DNA of 64,000 nt, taken from NCBI GenBank assembly GCA_002104905.1, contig MCFE01000117.1, positions 99,750 to 163,749 on the forward strand. Reading direction: 5' to 3'. Numbering within the stretch: the first letter of the stretch is position 1; each line of letters begins with the position of its first letter. This DNA is from Basidiobolus meristosporus CBS 931.73. Lineage: Eukaryota > Fungi > Basidiobolomycota. Shown one piece after another: positions 12,397 to 24,746 of this stretch. Under the pieces are notes generated by a model, which saw nothing but the letters and a program-made list of their open reading frames with translations, was not told where the DNA came from and did not search any database. Both the position numbers and the translations under genes were made by a program.

Positions 12397-12786
12397 CTAC
12401 TCTTCCTCCTCATCATAATATTTACGAGCCTGTCGACCATCGGGAGAAGCCGAACGTTCACGGTCGCCATTGTCCTGATTGATCTTGTCACAAGCATCAA
12501 TCCACTCGCTGTACACATCTATGGGTTCACTGAGATAGTTGATCATGCATTGGAAACTAGCCGAGCAAATGCGACAGCTGAGGTGACCGATCTTGCTTTC
12601 CTTTTCGCTGAAAGGGAATGGGGATCAGAACTCGTGGTTACCTCAAACGCAGAAACGAGTGGTTTTGTTTACTTACAGTCGGCAGGAAATGGATTTCTCG
12701 TGGTTGCAAAAAAGGCAGTCGAATGTGGTATCTAGGACGACTTTTCTCTTGACGGGTGCCTTACGAGTGGATTTGCGCTTACCCAT
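12397..12786 (-). CDS. ELF1: Transcription elongation factor Elf1 (exons 12786-12677, 12607-12397)
   Basis: Translates as [37 protein letters not shown]|[39 protein letters not shown]...EEEE*. One GT-AG intron. Not in the ORF track. Confidence 0.95.
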
Positions 12787-14067
12787 AGTATGGTGACTCG
12801 CGAAGTGACGGCGAGAGAAATAGCAAGTAGAGTTATTTTTGTTCCCGTCGCTGAGTCTTTCCTTTTATACTCTACATCTGAGAGGTTCAAAGGTTTTTCG
12901 CGTGAACAACCGTTGGTGAACATATTTGTATGTCGACACGTGACTTCGGAAGGAATTTTTTACATCACTGTTGTATTTGGGAATTGGTGGAAAAGAATGA
13001 ATAACTGAACTCGTATTGACAGGCTGCCTTGGACCTATCAAGAGCAGGGATAAGGTCAATGGCTCCGAGAATAGGCGCAGGCAGCTGGCAACCTCTGAGG
13101 CTAAGAATATATGCCAAATATCAGGGATGGGCTTTAAGGTAGAAAGGACGAAAAGACAGGCTTTCAGTTTACCTTACGCCCACGTATACGCTTTCAATTC
13201 AGCAGATCAGGACATTGCATATCGGTCACCAGGGCCTTGCCACTCAATAGTCAGCAATGCAAATTGTACAAATCTGCTACCTTTGGCGGCAGGCATGTGT
13301 GCACAAACGGGCGCGTATGTGATAAAGAGGTTGGTAGTGCTGGAATACTGGTCTCTCTCACTATGGTTGTGGTGGTGGGGAGGACTGTAAGCTCGCCATA
13401 GAGAATACAGTAACTAAGGATCCTTACGATCACATTGAAGGTTGAAGCTCAAAAGCATTCCAAACCAAGCCGTGAAATAGCTGGCATCCCTACATTTTAT
13501 CCCTTATATTGTCTAGTAGAGTGATTCGTCTAGGCACCCCAATTACCATTGTCCATCATTGAATTTATTGTGTACTCTCTGGAATTGATTACAATGGAAT
13601 GGAAATCATCTGCATAATGGCTAATGGTCATTTTGGTAGATGACGGGGCTGTAATTATGGAGATTCTATAGCCAATGCCGTCCAATGGGATACCACATGA
13701 TGTACATCACATATCATCCATCTAGGAGCAACTGGCGATGCTTGTGTAAATTTGGCTTTAGTTGTGACCAAAAACGGCGATAGGAACAAATTGCCAGCAG
13801 ACCCAGGGGTGACGGCAACCTTAATACACGGACACCTCCCCCAATTTCCCCCAGTAATTGCTTCTTCACCTTGGTTTGCTCTATTCTCTAACTATCTTAA
13901 ACCAGAGTTGACAAATTAACTTCTCCGTTGTTTCGCCCAAATCACAAGAAACCCATATATTTCTTAAGCCGCTTTACTCCTCTAACTGTTGGAAAGCGAC
14001 CTCTCAGTGATCTGCTAAATTCAAATCTTAATCCTCATTATCTTGCCCTTACTGATACTTCGAAAAC

Positions 14068-14743
14068 ATGCAAGCAATTAAATGTGTAGTTGTGGGTGAT
14101 GGGTAAGTACTACCTCACTTTGGGCTCTGAAAAAGCCCCTTGGATATCTTATTGACTACTGGTTTTCTCTTGTTTAGTGCTGTCGGTAAAACATGTCTTC
14201 TGATTAGTTACACAACCAATGCCTTCCCCGGAGAATATATTCCTACTGTGTATGTCGAATATTCTTAGAGCCCCTCCATATTACAGAAATACTTAGACGA
14301 ATTTGCTTTCCTCTAGCTTTGACAACTACTCTGCCAACGTGATGGTGGATGGTAAGCCTATCAATTTGGGGCTTTGGGATACCGCTGGCCAGGAGGATTA
14401 TGACCGCCTGCGTCCGCTATCTTACCCACAAACAGATGTGTTTTTGATTTGCTTCTCGTTAGTTAGCCCACCCTCCTTTGAAAATGTAAAGACAAAGGTA
14501 TCCGCTCTAATACACTTACTCTCCCACTTGTATTCAATGTGTACTCAATAGCTAAGTAATGCTGTTTGCATATAGTGGTATCCTGAAGTTAGCCACCATG
14601 CACCAAGTGTTCCTTTAATACTCGTAGGCACGAAGCTTGACCTCCGTGAAGACCGGGAGACCATAGAAAAACTTCGAGAAAAACGAATGGCACCCATCAC
14701 ATACCCTCACCATGATGCCTGCATCTTAGTTTTGTCAATTTGA
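14068..14743 (+). pseudogene. RAC1: Rac1 GTPase, 3'-truncated (introns retained)
   Basis: MQAIKCVVVGDG|[24 protein letters not shown]|FDNYSANV...[20 protein letters not shown]...|[10 protein letters not shown]...GTKLDLRED...APITYP. Homology stops at ~14710 with no splice donor, and no G5/CaaX exon is found downstream. Confidence 0.8.
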
Positions 14744-14900
14744 AGACCGAAAAAAAAAGATCGTACAGGGGTCTCATCAGGGCGATTTGGGCCCTATATG
14801 CGAACATGGGTGATTTGGGGATTTTTTTCTGGCAGTTAAATATAGTTGATTGATTGCCGAGTCATCTCTCCCTCTGGTTAGACAGAAGTAACAGTGCATC

Positions 14901-15666
14901 ATGGCACCTCCCAGAAACTGTATTTAGCATGGACAGGGAGAATCGTTTTTTGCGGATTTATTTTTACTCAACATGGTTATGTATTGAGTTAATTCACTAA
15001 ACATTGGATGTTTCAAAGGCAACCTGTTCTTATGACGAGGCGTAGCATATTCTCTGGACATGAACGAATAGGACGGAAAATTGGGGTTAAAGCCACCTTT
15101 CAATTTTACCGGGTTTTGTTAATTATCTAGATTCGAAGACATATAAAGTTCCTAGACGCCCTTTCGAGAAAGAGTCATCGACCAAGAGTTGAGGATAATC
15201 GGTCAATACGGTTTGCGTAACAAGTGTGAAGTTTGGAGAATCGGCTACACTCTCCAATATCCGTCGTGCTGCTGGTGGGCTTTTAACCTTGGATCCCAAG
15301 GATACCAGTCGTTTGTTCGAGGGTAATGCGCTGATCCGTCGTCTTATCCGTATTGGTGTTTTGGATGAATCCAAAGCCAAGCTCGATTATGTATTGGGTT
15401 TGAAGGTCGAGGATATCTTGGAGCGCCGTCTTCAAACCCAGGTTTTCGGACTTGGCTTGGCCAAGTCAATTCATCACGCTCGTATTCTGATCAAGCAAAG
15501 ACATACTCGGGTCGGAAAGCAAGTTGCTGATATTCCTTCCCTCGTTGTACGTTTGGAATCACAGAAACATATCGATTCTGCCTTGACTTCTCCACATGGT
15601 GGTGGCCGTGTCAAGAGAAAGAGAATGGCCTCTGCTAGTGAGGATGATGCTGAAGTTGATAATTAG
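14901..15666 (+). pseudogene. RPS9: 40S ribosomal protein S9 (uS4) with a 1-nt frameshift at ~15175
   Basis: Exon 1 is MAPPRN (14901-14919), then intron 14920-15130, then [15 protein letters not shown]. The frame shifts to [21 protein letters not shown]...[23 protein letters not shown]...[26 protein letters not shown]. This could be an assembly error. Confidence 0.8.
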
Positions 15667-16020
15667 GACGATTAACGATATTCCATTTATTCCTCAGGTT
15701 TAATTGTATGATGTTTATCTTGGTTGTTTAATAAATGTTCAACTTAACACAAAATAATCAATTATTATATAATAGTAAGCAACATTGGAAGACGGCTCTG
15801 TTTATAAGATCTGGGCAACATGATTCTTCAGCATTCAATGCAATAACTACAGGAAATGCTTAGTCTCCCACTTGAGGCAAGTCAGAATGTCGATCACCAT
15901 ATTTACAATTTCATATCATGAGAACCAGCATCACCTGCTTTTATGCCTGGGGCAGTCATAGTTCATATTCGTCATTTCGCTCCTTTGATTCTTGTTTGCA
16001 CTCTTCCCCTTCTCTTGGCT

Positions 16021-16218
16021 ATGTCCTTGACCGAAAAACTCTATCTCAAATATTATCAGTATGAATTGACTACCGCACTTTACATGTTGGAGCCCTGGGA
16101 GAAGGCCTGTTTTAATTCTATTGTCTTGATCGGGTTCTCGTTAGCACTCTATACAGCGGTAATCTACATACCGGAGTACGCTACTTCTACGTTCACCAAA
16201 TTGTCGGCATTTTACTAG
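16021..16218 (+). CDS. Serine palmitoyltransferase small subunit (SPTssA/B-like)
   Basis: MSLTEKLYLKYYQYELTTALYMLEPWEKACFNSIV has the YQY...YMLEPWEK..FN signature followed by one TM helix. Confidence 0.85.
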   Translation: MSLTEKLYLKYYQYELTTALYMLEPWEKACFNSIVLIGFSLALYTAVIYIPEYATSTFTKLSAFY

Positions 16219-16849
16219 AAGCTTCCTTGTAGATACTTCTGTCTCTTTAGAGACTTCGGCCAATCTTGCTGTTTTTTACATCAAGTATCGATATCTTTGA
16301 GCCAAGCAGCTCGCAACACGAAATTCGTATCTCAGTAAACTTTTGGTGGCCCATTGAGGGTTCAGCTTGAAGATCATATTTGAATCCCCTGAAACATGGA
16401 ACATTTTGCATTAGGAGCCCACTGAGTGTATGATGTGGTACGTGTTTGGGTTGATTACCCAGTCATATGTTGTATATTGGTGTACAGGGGGTGAGTTAAA
16501 ACCTGTAGCTAAAGGCTGTCTAAGCGAGTTCAGAATGACTCGAAAGACGGGCTAGTGCTTTGTTGGCTTGTTCTTGTTCTATATCTGACTGAATGCCCAG
16601 TTGGCTTCTACGGATTGCGCCACTGCATCCACTCTCCATGCAATATATTCATCCAGACTACCTGAGGGATTGATTTTCAATCCAATGAGATGGACTGTAA
16701 ATAATATAGATGTTGACAAAAAGCCGAGTTTCCTGGTAAATATGGATTCTTATTCTTCCTATCCACTTGCACGAGCTGTGATTGGTTCTGAGGAATAAAT
16801 CAACAGATCAAAAAGCCTAGCACACACCAGCTTGTTGACTTACATCAGC

Positions 16850-19781
16850 ATGTTTGAGATAGAAGAGGATTGGGATTTGGTGGACGAATTTCAAAACGGC
16901 GATGAGGTTCCAGAAGAAAGTGCAAAGAAGGTATAGGAATTGTAGGCGTGAAGTTTTGCTTTTTGGCGACTAATACTTCTGTTTAGACAAAATGGAACAG
17001 CAAAGACTGCACTTTATTTGTCATTGATTGCTCTCCTTCCATGTTAGAACCCAACGAAAATAAAGAAATACCGGTACATTCCGCCTTGAAATGTATTAAT
17101 TCCATCCTTCTGGATAAAATAATTACGAGCAATTCCGATCTAATCGGAATCATGTTATATGGCACAGTAACTATCGTTCCTCATATTCTTGGACGTTTTT
17201 GATTCCTGTACTTACTACATCTTATACGGGTAGGAGGAAACAAAAAATCCTGGGAACCTCGACAACATATATGTCCTCCAGAATCTGGAAAGCCCCGATG
17301 CGACCAATATCAAGCTGATCGAAAACCTTGTAAATAGTGAGTGCTATGTGACTAGAGATGTGCACACCGTCAATAATATTCTAACTTGATGTCAAACCGC
17401 CCAGACTTCGATAAACTCAGGAGTACTGTTACCCCGAGTAAGACTGAGCTGCCCTTGGGGAACGTGTTTTGGGCTTGCTCCAGTGTTCTTTCTTCATGGT
17501 CAGGAATCGTACGACTGCCACCGTGTTATTCATGTCTACCAATCTGACTCTTTTTTAGCCAGAATGTTTCGTCTAAGAAAATCATGCTTATCACCAATGA
17601 AGACAACCCCAATCGTGGTAATGGTGTGCTGCAGAAAGCTGCGAAAACTCGAGCGAAGGTAGTTTACAACACCAAGTGTGCTTATGACGACGAACTAACG
17701 GGCTTCTAGGATCTGTACGATGCCCAAGTGGAGATTGAGCTTATCAACCTAGACAAGCAAGGGGGAAAGTTCAACTCTAGTTTGTTCTACAAAGTAATTG
17801 CGAAATAACGTAGTGTTTGCATCTTGAGTATTAATCCATTGGTATCTTGATCTCAAACTACTCAGGACATCTTACCTGACCTTGAGGAAAATTGCGACAT
17901 CTCACAAACCTCAAACCATTTCGAGAAGCTCTTGACCAGAATCAAGCGCAAAGAGGCAAGGTGTCGCTCAGTATTCACCACTCTTCTAAAGATCACCAAC
18001 GGGCTGGAGATTGGGATTCGAGGGTAGAAATGTCAGTTGCTGGCTTACTATGGTTGACGTAACTAATACTGTATGTTCAGTTATGCTCTGGTTGGAAATC
18101 AGCAAAAGGGCTCCTATCGATTAGTGTACATGAAATCGGAAACCCCGCAGCAGGTCAAAGCTATTACACACTGGTTATGTGCAGTAAGTTAGAGTCTAGT
18201 AAATCGTGTTGCTAGTGCGATCTTTGATCAGGCTTTCAAACTTCCCTCAAGGATACGACTCAGATACTGCAACAGTCAGATTTGAAATTTTATTATGAAT
18301 ATGGTGGAGATAAAGTAAGATACGGAACACTCGTTAGTCGATAGGAGTTGCTGCTCATATCCTCCTGCGATGCTAGGTTGTTTTCACCAAAGAGGAAATA
18401 GTGAACATGAAGAAGTTTGGTGAGCCAGGTATGGTAAAGTGTTGCGGGTATAGCCAACGCTCGTGCTCACACAGCTCTAGGACTCCAGATATTAGGATTC
18501 AAGCCTCGCGATAGATTGAAGTTTCACCAGAACATGACACATTCATTATTTATATATCCAGATGAGACGGTAGGGTTGCTCAACTTGGCGTTTCTCCAGC
18601 CCTGTATGTTAACCGTGTTCGATTATAAGCAATACACCGGAAGCACGTCTGTATTTACTGCGTTTCTGCTGAAGATGTGCGAGATGGACCAGGTTGCCAT
18701 ATGTAGCTTTATCCCACGCAAAAATACCGCACCTAGGCTTGTAGCAATGCTCCCGCAGGTAGAGGATATTTTCGTATATGTAAGGGAATGGGAAACCAAC
18801 AATCTCTATTAGTTGGAGTTCAAAGATGAATTGGGTCAGAAAGCTCCGCCCGGATTTCATCTAATTCCTCTGCCGTTCGCGGACGATCTCAGGCCAGTCA
18901 GCGTCAAATCCGAGGAAAGAGGTAATGTAATGATGGCCAGTAATTTCTTGTTCACATCTTAACGCTTCTCTGTAGCATCTGAGTCTGATATCGATGCAGC
19001 CAAACAAATCGTCTCAAAGCTGCTTATCAAGCAAGGGTTCCATCCGAAGAATTACTCAAATCCAGGTATCTAAGGCATGCTCTAAACGATCGTCTAGGCA
19101 CACCAGCAATTGACACAAAGCTTCAGCATTACAAAGGCATTATATGAGTCTCCAGGCTATAGCACTCGAAAGAGATATTGAAGAAGCACCCATCGATTGC
19201 ACGCTCCCTGATGTGCATATGATCCATGAGGTATGAAAATAGCACACCATCACTTCCTCTAGCTCAGACCCCTGAACCGGCACAAATTTCCAGGAAGCAG
19301 GAGATGCTGTACAAATGTTCAAACAAGCTCTGGGCGTGGACGATTTCAATGAACCTCCTCAATCGTTGCCACCCAAGCGGCGGGTAATTTTTAAGGGCTT
19401 AGTAAGTGGACTTCTAGACATTTTTATTCACATTTATTTAGGCGCCTAACAACAGTGAAAAACAAAACAAAAGAGCTAAAACAGATGGTGGAGATTCACA
19501 ATCAGTCGAATCACTATATCAGCAAGGCAAGGTAAGGCTCTATGTTTCATTTTGAAGCCAACGTAAACTAAGCCTCTTCCCCACCGGGTGCGTGTTAGTT
19601 AAACAAGGTTAGTACTTGATTCACTTAATGGTGGTGGAAAGCCTAGACATCCTCATCCTATTCTGTGCAGCTTCTAAAGACCGATTTACTGGAGTACCTA
19701 GAGTCTATCGGGATTCACGGCAAAGGCACCAAGCCACAATTAATCGAGCAAATTGAGAATTACTTTAAGTTACTTGAATAA
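16850..19781 (+). CDS. KU70: Ku70 NHEJ DNA end-binding subunit, multi-exon
   Basis: vWA start DCTLFVIDCSPSM and LIGIMLYGT; core LGFKPRD, FIYPDE, PRLVAMLPQ, GFHLIPLPFADDLR, NPALQRHYMSLQAIAL; C-terminal SAP LLKTDLLEYLESIGIHGKGTKPQLIEQIENYF. Many short GT-AG introns. Confidence 0.93.
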
Positions 19782-20279
19782 ACATGAGATAATACATCGC
19801 GATCGCTTCACCCATCTAGAATACAACTACCCAACTCAAGCCTCTCTTAGCCTTGGCATCGCCATACAAACGTAATCTTTTGATGGTTTTATCTTGGCGG
19901 AAGGGCCGGGGACTACGCAGGACCGAAACGCAGAGCCCCGTTTATTGTACATGTCTACCGCGTTCACTGCAAGCTGAGGAGCCCTTTCGAGGATATGCGT
20001 TGGAGTTCTCAGGGTCCCCTCATCTACATTACCATGGCCAGTACAGTGGTTAATTATTTACTGGATTCGTTTATTCAATGGTAAATTTAATATACTAAAC
20101 TGATGCGATGGCTAGCCCATTCATATACTAGAGAATGTAGAGGTTACGCGATACGTATGTTCTTGCAATACGATACTATCCTGGCTAGATAACTAAGGCC
20201 ATATTAAACACAACGGTGGAAATGATGCGGGCAAAAGTACATCGCGTTTGTACATGAGACAGAGGGTCGTAAGAAGTAT

Positions 20280-21991
20280 CTATTCTCCACTTAACCGAAG
20301 GTTCTCCAAGCTCAAGGAGGCAGTCTCATCAGGCTTTATACCGAAGTGCTTCACTTGCTTAACATGCTTCAGGACAAAGCTAACAGGCGAGTCGGTGGTC
20401 TCCTTTAACTGCTGATAGAGTTGCAATGGCTTCTCCTCGGGGGTAAGCACTCTCTCTGTTGCCGATAAACAAGCTTGTTAACAAACAGATCCAACAACCT
20501 CGCCAACAGAAGCTTACCAGTATTTCCAAAACATACTACAAGGCAATAATTCTTCCAATCATCATGAATTTTGTACTTCTTGAGCGCCCCTGCAATGACT
20601 TTCCGGCACGGGTCGTCAAGAGAGATCCGGAAGCTTTTGTAAGCCTCATTGGCTCGGTCCAGCATCTTATCACTGTATACCCGAATGGCCCCCTCACCAG
20701 CGCTCTCTAGATTATGAGGGCTATACCCGGGTGGATGCATATTATACTAGATTCGAGCAAGGGCACGTAAGTCTCAGCATTGTTCGAGATGAGGACTTCC
20801 AAAACATCACTTACCACTGATCCGTTGTCGCTATAGGATGGCCGAGGTTGAGCGTACCCTAAATGGCTACCGGAGGAATGACTCTCACAAGGGGACGAGG
20901 GCGACGGTGGGGTGTGCGAGGATTCGAAGTGAGATCTCGAATTTGCGTGTTTGGAAGCAGGTAGCCCCGGAGATGTGTTTCCCGCGGGTTTGCTGTGACT
21001 TGAGCTGCCCAAGAATTTTGTGATTATAGGTGCTGGCCGTTTTTGCGACGTGCTTTGCTCCTTCTTCTAAACATTGAGGAGATTTAGCAAGCGAAGGTGC
21101 ATAGAAAACCAGAAAACCCGCTACTTTGTCGGACTGAACCAATTTCCACACGGGCCTTAGCTCTTCCCTCAAGGTCGCCAGGTCACTTGTAAGTCGTCCA
21201 ATCTCTTGTTGTAAACTCTGGATCAACGCATCTATATGGGTGCTGGTTTAACTACGCTCCTACTCTACGGTATACACCTTGCCTCTACCTCGATCTTTCA
21301 ATGCGGCATGGAATCGACGGTACTCTTCAGAATAATTGCCGCTTTCGTCGTCATGCTTTTTTAATGGGAAGGGGTGGATTAATATCTGAGATTGAACAAA
21401 GCACCGCCAAGGAATGAAAGGGATATGCTTGTTTGCAGCCAAATATTGGCAAGAACACTATATACCCCCTGTCAGAAACCTACCAAGTCGTATTCCACGG
21501 CTTTTTGATACGTACGTATAATCAAGGAGAAGAAACAAGTGTTGTTGGACAAAAAGGGTAAAGAGTTAGTGAATGAACACGCGCGTAAGAGAACCCATCC
21601 AACTACTATGAAGCTGGGTTTACTCGTCTTGTAATAAACTGGAAATTCATAACTTACAAGGAGGTATATAATCATCAGGCTCGAGAGGTATTTGATGTTC
21701 CGTTTTTAGTAGATAGATGGCTTTTAACAATCGCAAACGCTTTCCAACCGAGCGGATCGTCAATTCTTTCAAGGCAACATGATCAAGGTGTAGCAGTACA
21801 GAGCCAGTGATTACATTATCTGTGTGCAGAGAACAAAAAATGGGGTTCAAAAACAGCATGGTTAAATTACAGCAGAAAACGAATCGGATGACTTGAAGTT
21901 CACCTCGAAATGGTTTCTCATAGGCCTCGTAGCCTATGGTACACAGCCACTCGCACACTTCCTTTACTCCCCAGTTTGTCACGTAATCCAT
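20280..21991 (-). CDS. STE50: Ste50/Ubc2-like MAPK adaptor (SAM + coiled coil + RA domain), spliced
   Basis: SAM: WGVKEVCEWLCTIG...ITGSVLLHLDHVALKELTIRSVGKRLRLLKAIYLLK. RA: YKSFRISLDDPCRKVIAGALKKYKIHDDWKNYCLVVCFG. Confidence 0.8.
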
Positions 21992-22993
21992 GCCTTTTGA
22001 TCAGAAACTGGTAGTACGAAAATCTCCAGTGTACACTTGGTCCTGGCAACTTGATCGATTCTACGAAAACGAGAGGGTGGATGTACCGTATGAGTTGATT
22101 CTTTACTGAAGAAACGTCGTCACTAATTTGAAAAACGTGGGAAGAATAACCACCCGGACAGTGAATTTTCTAAGCTATCGAAGCAAGGCTAGACCTGGGA
22201 ATCATTACTTATGTGATGGTTCTCAACGCCAACCGGGAAGCAAACCCGTGATAATCAGTGATAAATTTAGTAACAAAAAACAAATCCCAAGCATTTGACA
22301 TGAATATCCGAGTTCTATAAAAAACCTTATCAATCCCTTAATCGAAATAAGAAACACTTAGAGACAGATGGTAATGATCATATTAGGGGGATCATCAGCG
22401 CTACTGACATTTGGTTCGGACCATCAGTAACCTTGATCTACATGTCACCAGCACCTGTTGAGAGACTCCGGCTTTAATGTATCTGCGAAGGAACACATAG
22501 CCCCCTACTCTCGGAACTTGTATAAAAAGTGCTCCCTTGGCTGTTGCTTTTGTCGTTCTCCGCCATCATGGTTGGCTGGTCCTTTTTCAATGGTTGTACA
22601 CTTCTTGACCGTTATGCTTGTAGCAGGAAACACCAGGTGTAGAGCAACGACAGGGCCGTCAACAATTGCTACCAAAACGCTGCTTCACAATACTTAAGGG
22701 TAGAGCTTCCATGTGATCTCATGGACAATGGCTCTGGGTCGAAGCAATCACATGTGCCCCATGAGCCCGAGCAACTCATCAGAGCCTGCACCTCCAGTCA
22801 GCAGGCCAATCCTCACCCAACACATTCCGTTGCCCCATTGCTGTTTGTCTACCGAGCATCACAAATCTACATTGCATAGTATCCGAGTTCAGATATTGAT
22901 GGTGGTATACAGGCTTTACTCAGTATGAAGGTGGACGTGGCTGGCAACGCGTATGAATATGAAGTGGATGCCTAGGTCCAAACCTAATGTCTA

Positions 22994-24746
22994 CTACATT
23001 ATCAGGCAGCCTTTCCCAGAACCCTTTCGCAAGGATTCGTCATCGACTTTGCTTAGCTGCTCCAGGGCATCGGACGCTAACGATCCACCCAGTTTTGAAA
23101 CCTCAATCAAGTGCTCTCTAGCCAAGTCCAAATCTTGGCCAACCCCGTTACCCTCAAGGTACATCACACCAAGATTATACTAGATAGAGTGATGTGAGTC
23201 ACCAAGCAACGTTGAAGTGATGTTCGACCATTGACCAAGCGGAGTCTTACCAATGCCAGTGGGAATTTCTGTGCAGCAGCCATTTTCCAATACTCTGCGG
23301 CAAGGATGAGATTCTTCTCCACACCTACACCCCCAAAGTAGTATTGGCCTACGTTGTATTGAGCCTCAGCAATACCTGATGGAAGTAAGTCAAATGGCTC
23401 TCGTGCTCGATAAGGGAAGACGAAAAATACCTTTGACGGCTGCCTTTTCATAATGTTCGAAAGCCTTCTCGTAGTTAGGCTGGTTATCGGTTGTCAGAGG
23501 GTCTTGTCCAATAGAGTAATAGTACCCAAGGTAAAAGTTCGATTGGGCACTGCCTAATCACCCATGGATTAATAGTAAGCCAATCTATGCCAGAAAGAGA
23601 CGGGCTACGGTATTACCTTTCTCTGCAGCCTTTCGGAAATATTCTATTGCTTTAGGGATGTCTTGCTCCACGTGTTGCCCCAACCTATACATATCCGCTG
23701 TCGATGGTGATCGGGGAAAACTTCAATATTTGCTGGAGCCTAGAAGCGGGAGACTTCAGGAATTACCAATTTTCGCGTAAGCAACGTCCAGGTTGTTTTT
23801 TCCCGCGAGCTCTAGTAGCTCCATGGCCGATTTCACGTCTCTCCCAGTCTGAATAAGGATAGAGGCGTAATTGAACTGAGCATGGGGGTGACCTTTGATT
23901 GCAAGACGCTCAAAGATAGTGGTAGCACGTTGCACATCACGTTGCAAGCCAGTGATCCCTGATACACAATTAATTTGTCAACACCAGTATGTGGAAAGAC
24001 ATCGGGAGCCAAGCATGTAATAGAGATATCGACCTTTCAATAATAGACTGGCATAAGTATAGGCTGCGTTATCATCACCAAGCTCCATTGCCAGTTCGTA
24101 CAGTTTCGAGGCAACGCCACTGGCGCCTTTCGAAAACAGGGCTTAGATATCACCTGGATTGTCATAGAACATTGTTGCATTTACCCCGGGAGTGCTGCAA
24201 AACAGCGCTGGCTAAGTTGGTGAGCTCTGAAATATCATCCTTCTTGACAACTACAAGAGGGGAGTGTTTGAGTTCGACTGCATTTCATTCTCAGTACCAA
24301 AACAACCGACTTTCTTGCACTTTAGATTTCACTTGGTCGACAGATGCCTCTTCTAAAACAGCATTCAACACCTTACGCTGCTCCACTTCGGGAAGATTCA
24401 ATTTGTTGTTCTCCTTCAACATCCTGAGAACTTCGGGAGGTGGTAGAATCTCTTCAACCGTCAAAGGATTTGCCTTCTTCTCTATGGCTTCTTCGGGAGC
24501 CTCACTCTCATTGATTGAGTCCTGTCTTGAACACCCATCAATAATTGTCTTGGTTACGAAAACAGGTGAATCCAAAGGTGTGCTGTACTTCTCAATGGAG
24601 GCAAAAATCCCGCCCATGGCCTGATCTCTCTTATTCCAAGCTGGGTTAGCATGATGAAAATATTTCTTGGGACTTGGCTTGTTGACGTTGACGATGGCCG
24701 GGAGAGACCGCCCTACCACTTTCGTGCTATGTAAAAGTCGAGACAT
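22994..24746 (-). CDS. Sel1-like repeat protein ending in a CaaX box (CLIM), multi-exon
   Basis: Repeats include GHPHAQFNYASIL, AEAQYNVGQYYFGGVGVEKNLILAAEYWKMAA and YNLGVMYLEGNGVGQDL. The last exon ends GKGCLIM*. The start codon (24746 or 24821) is uncertain. Confidence 0.82.
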
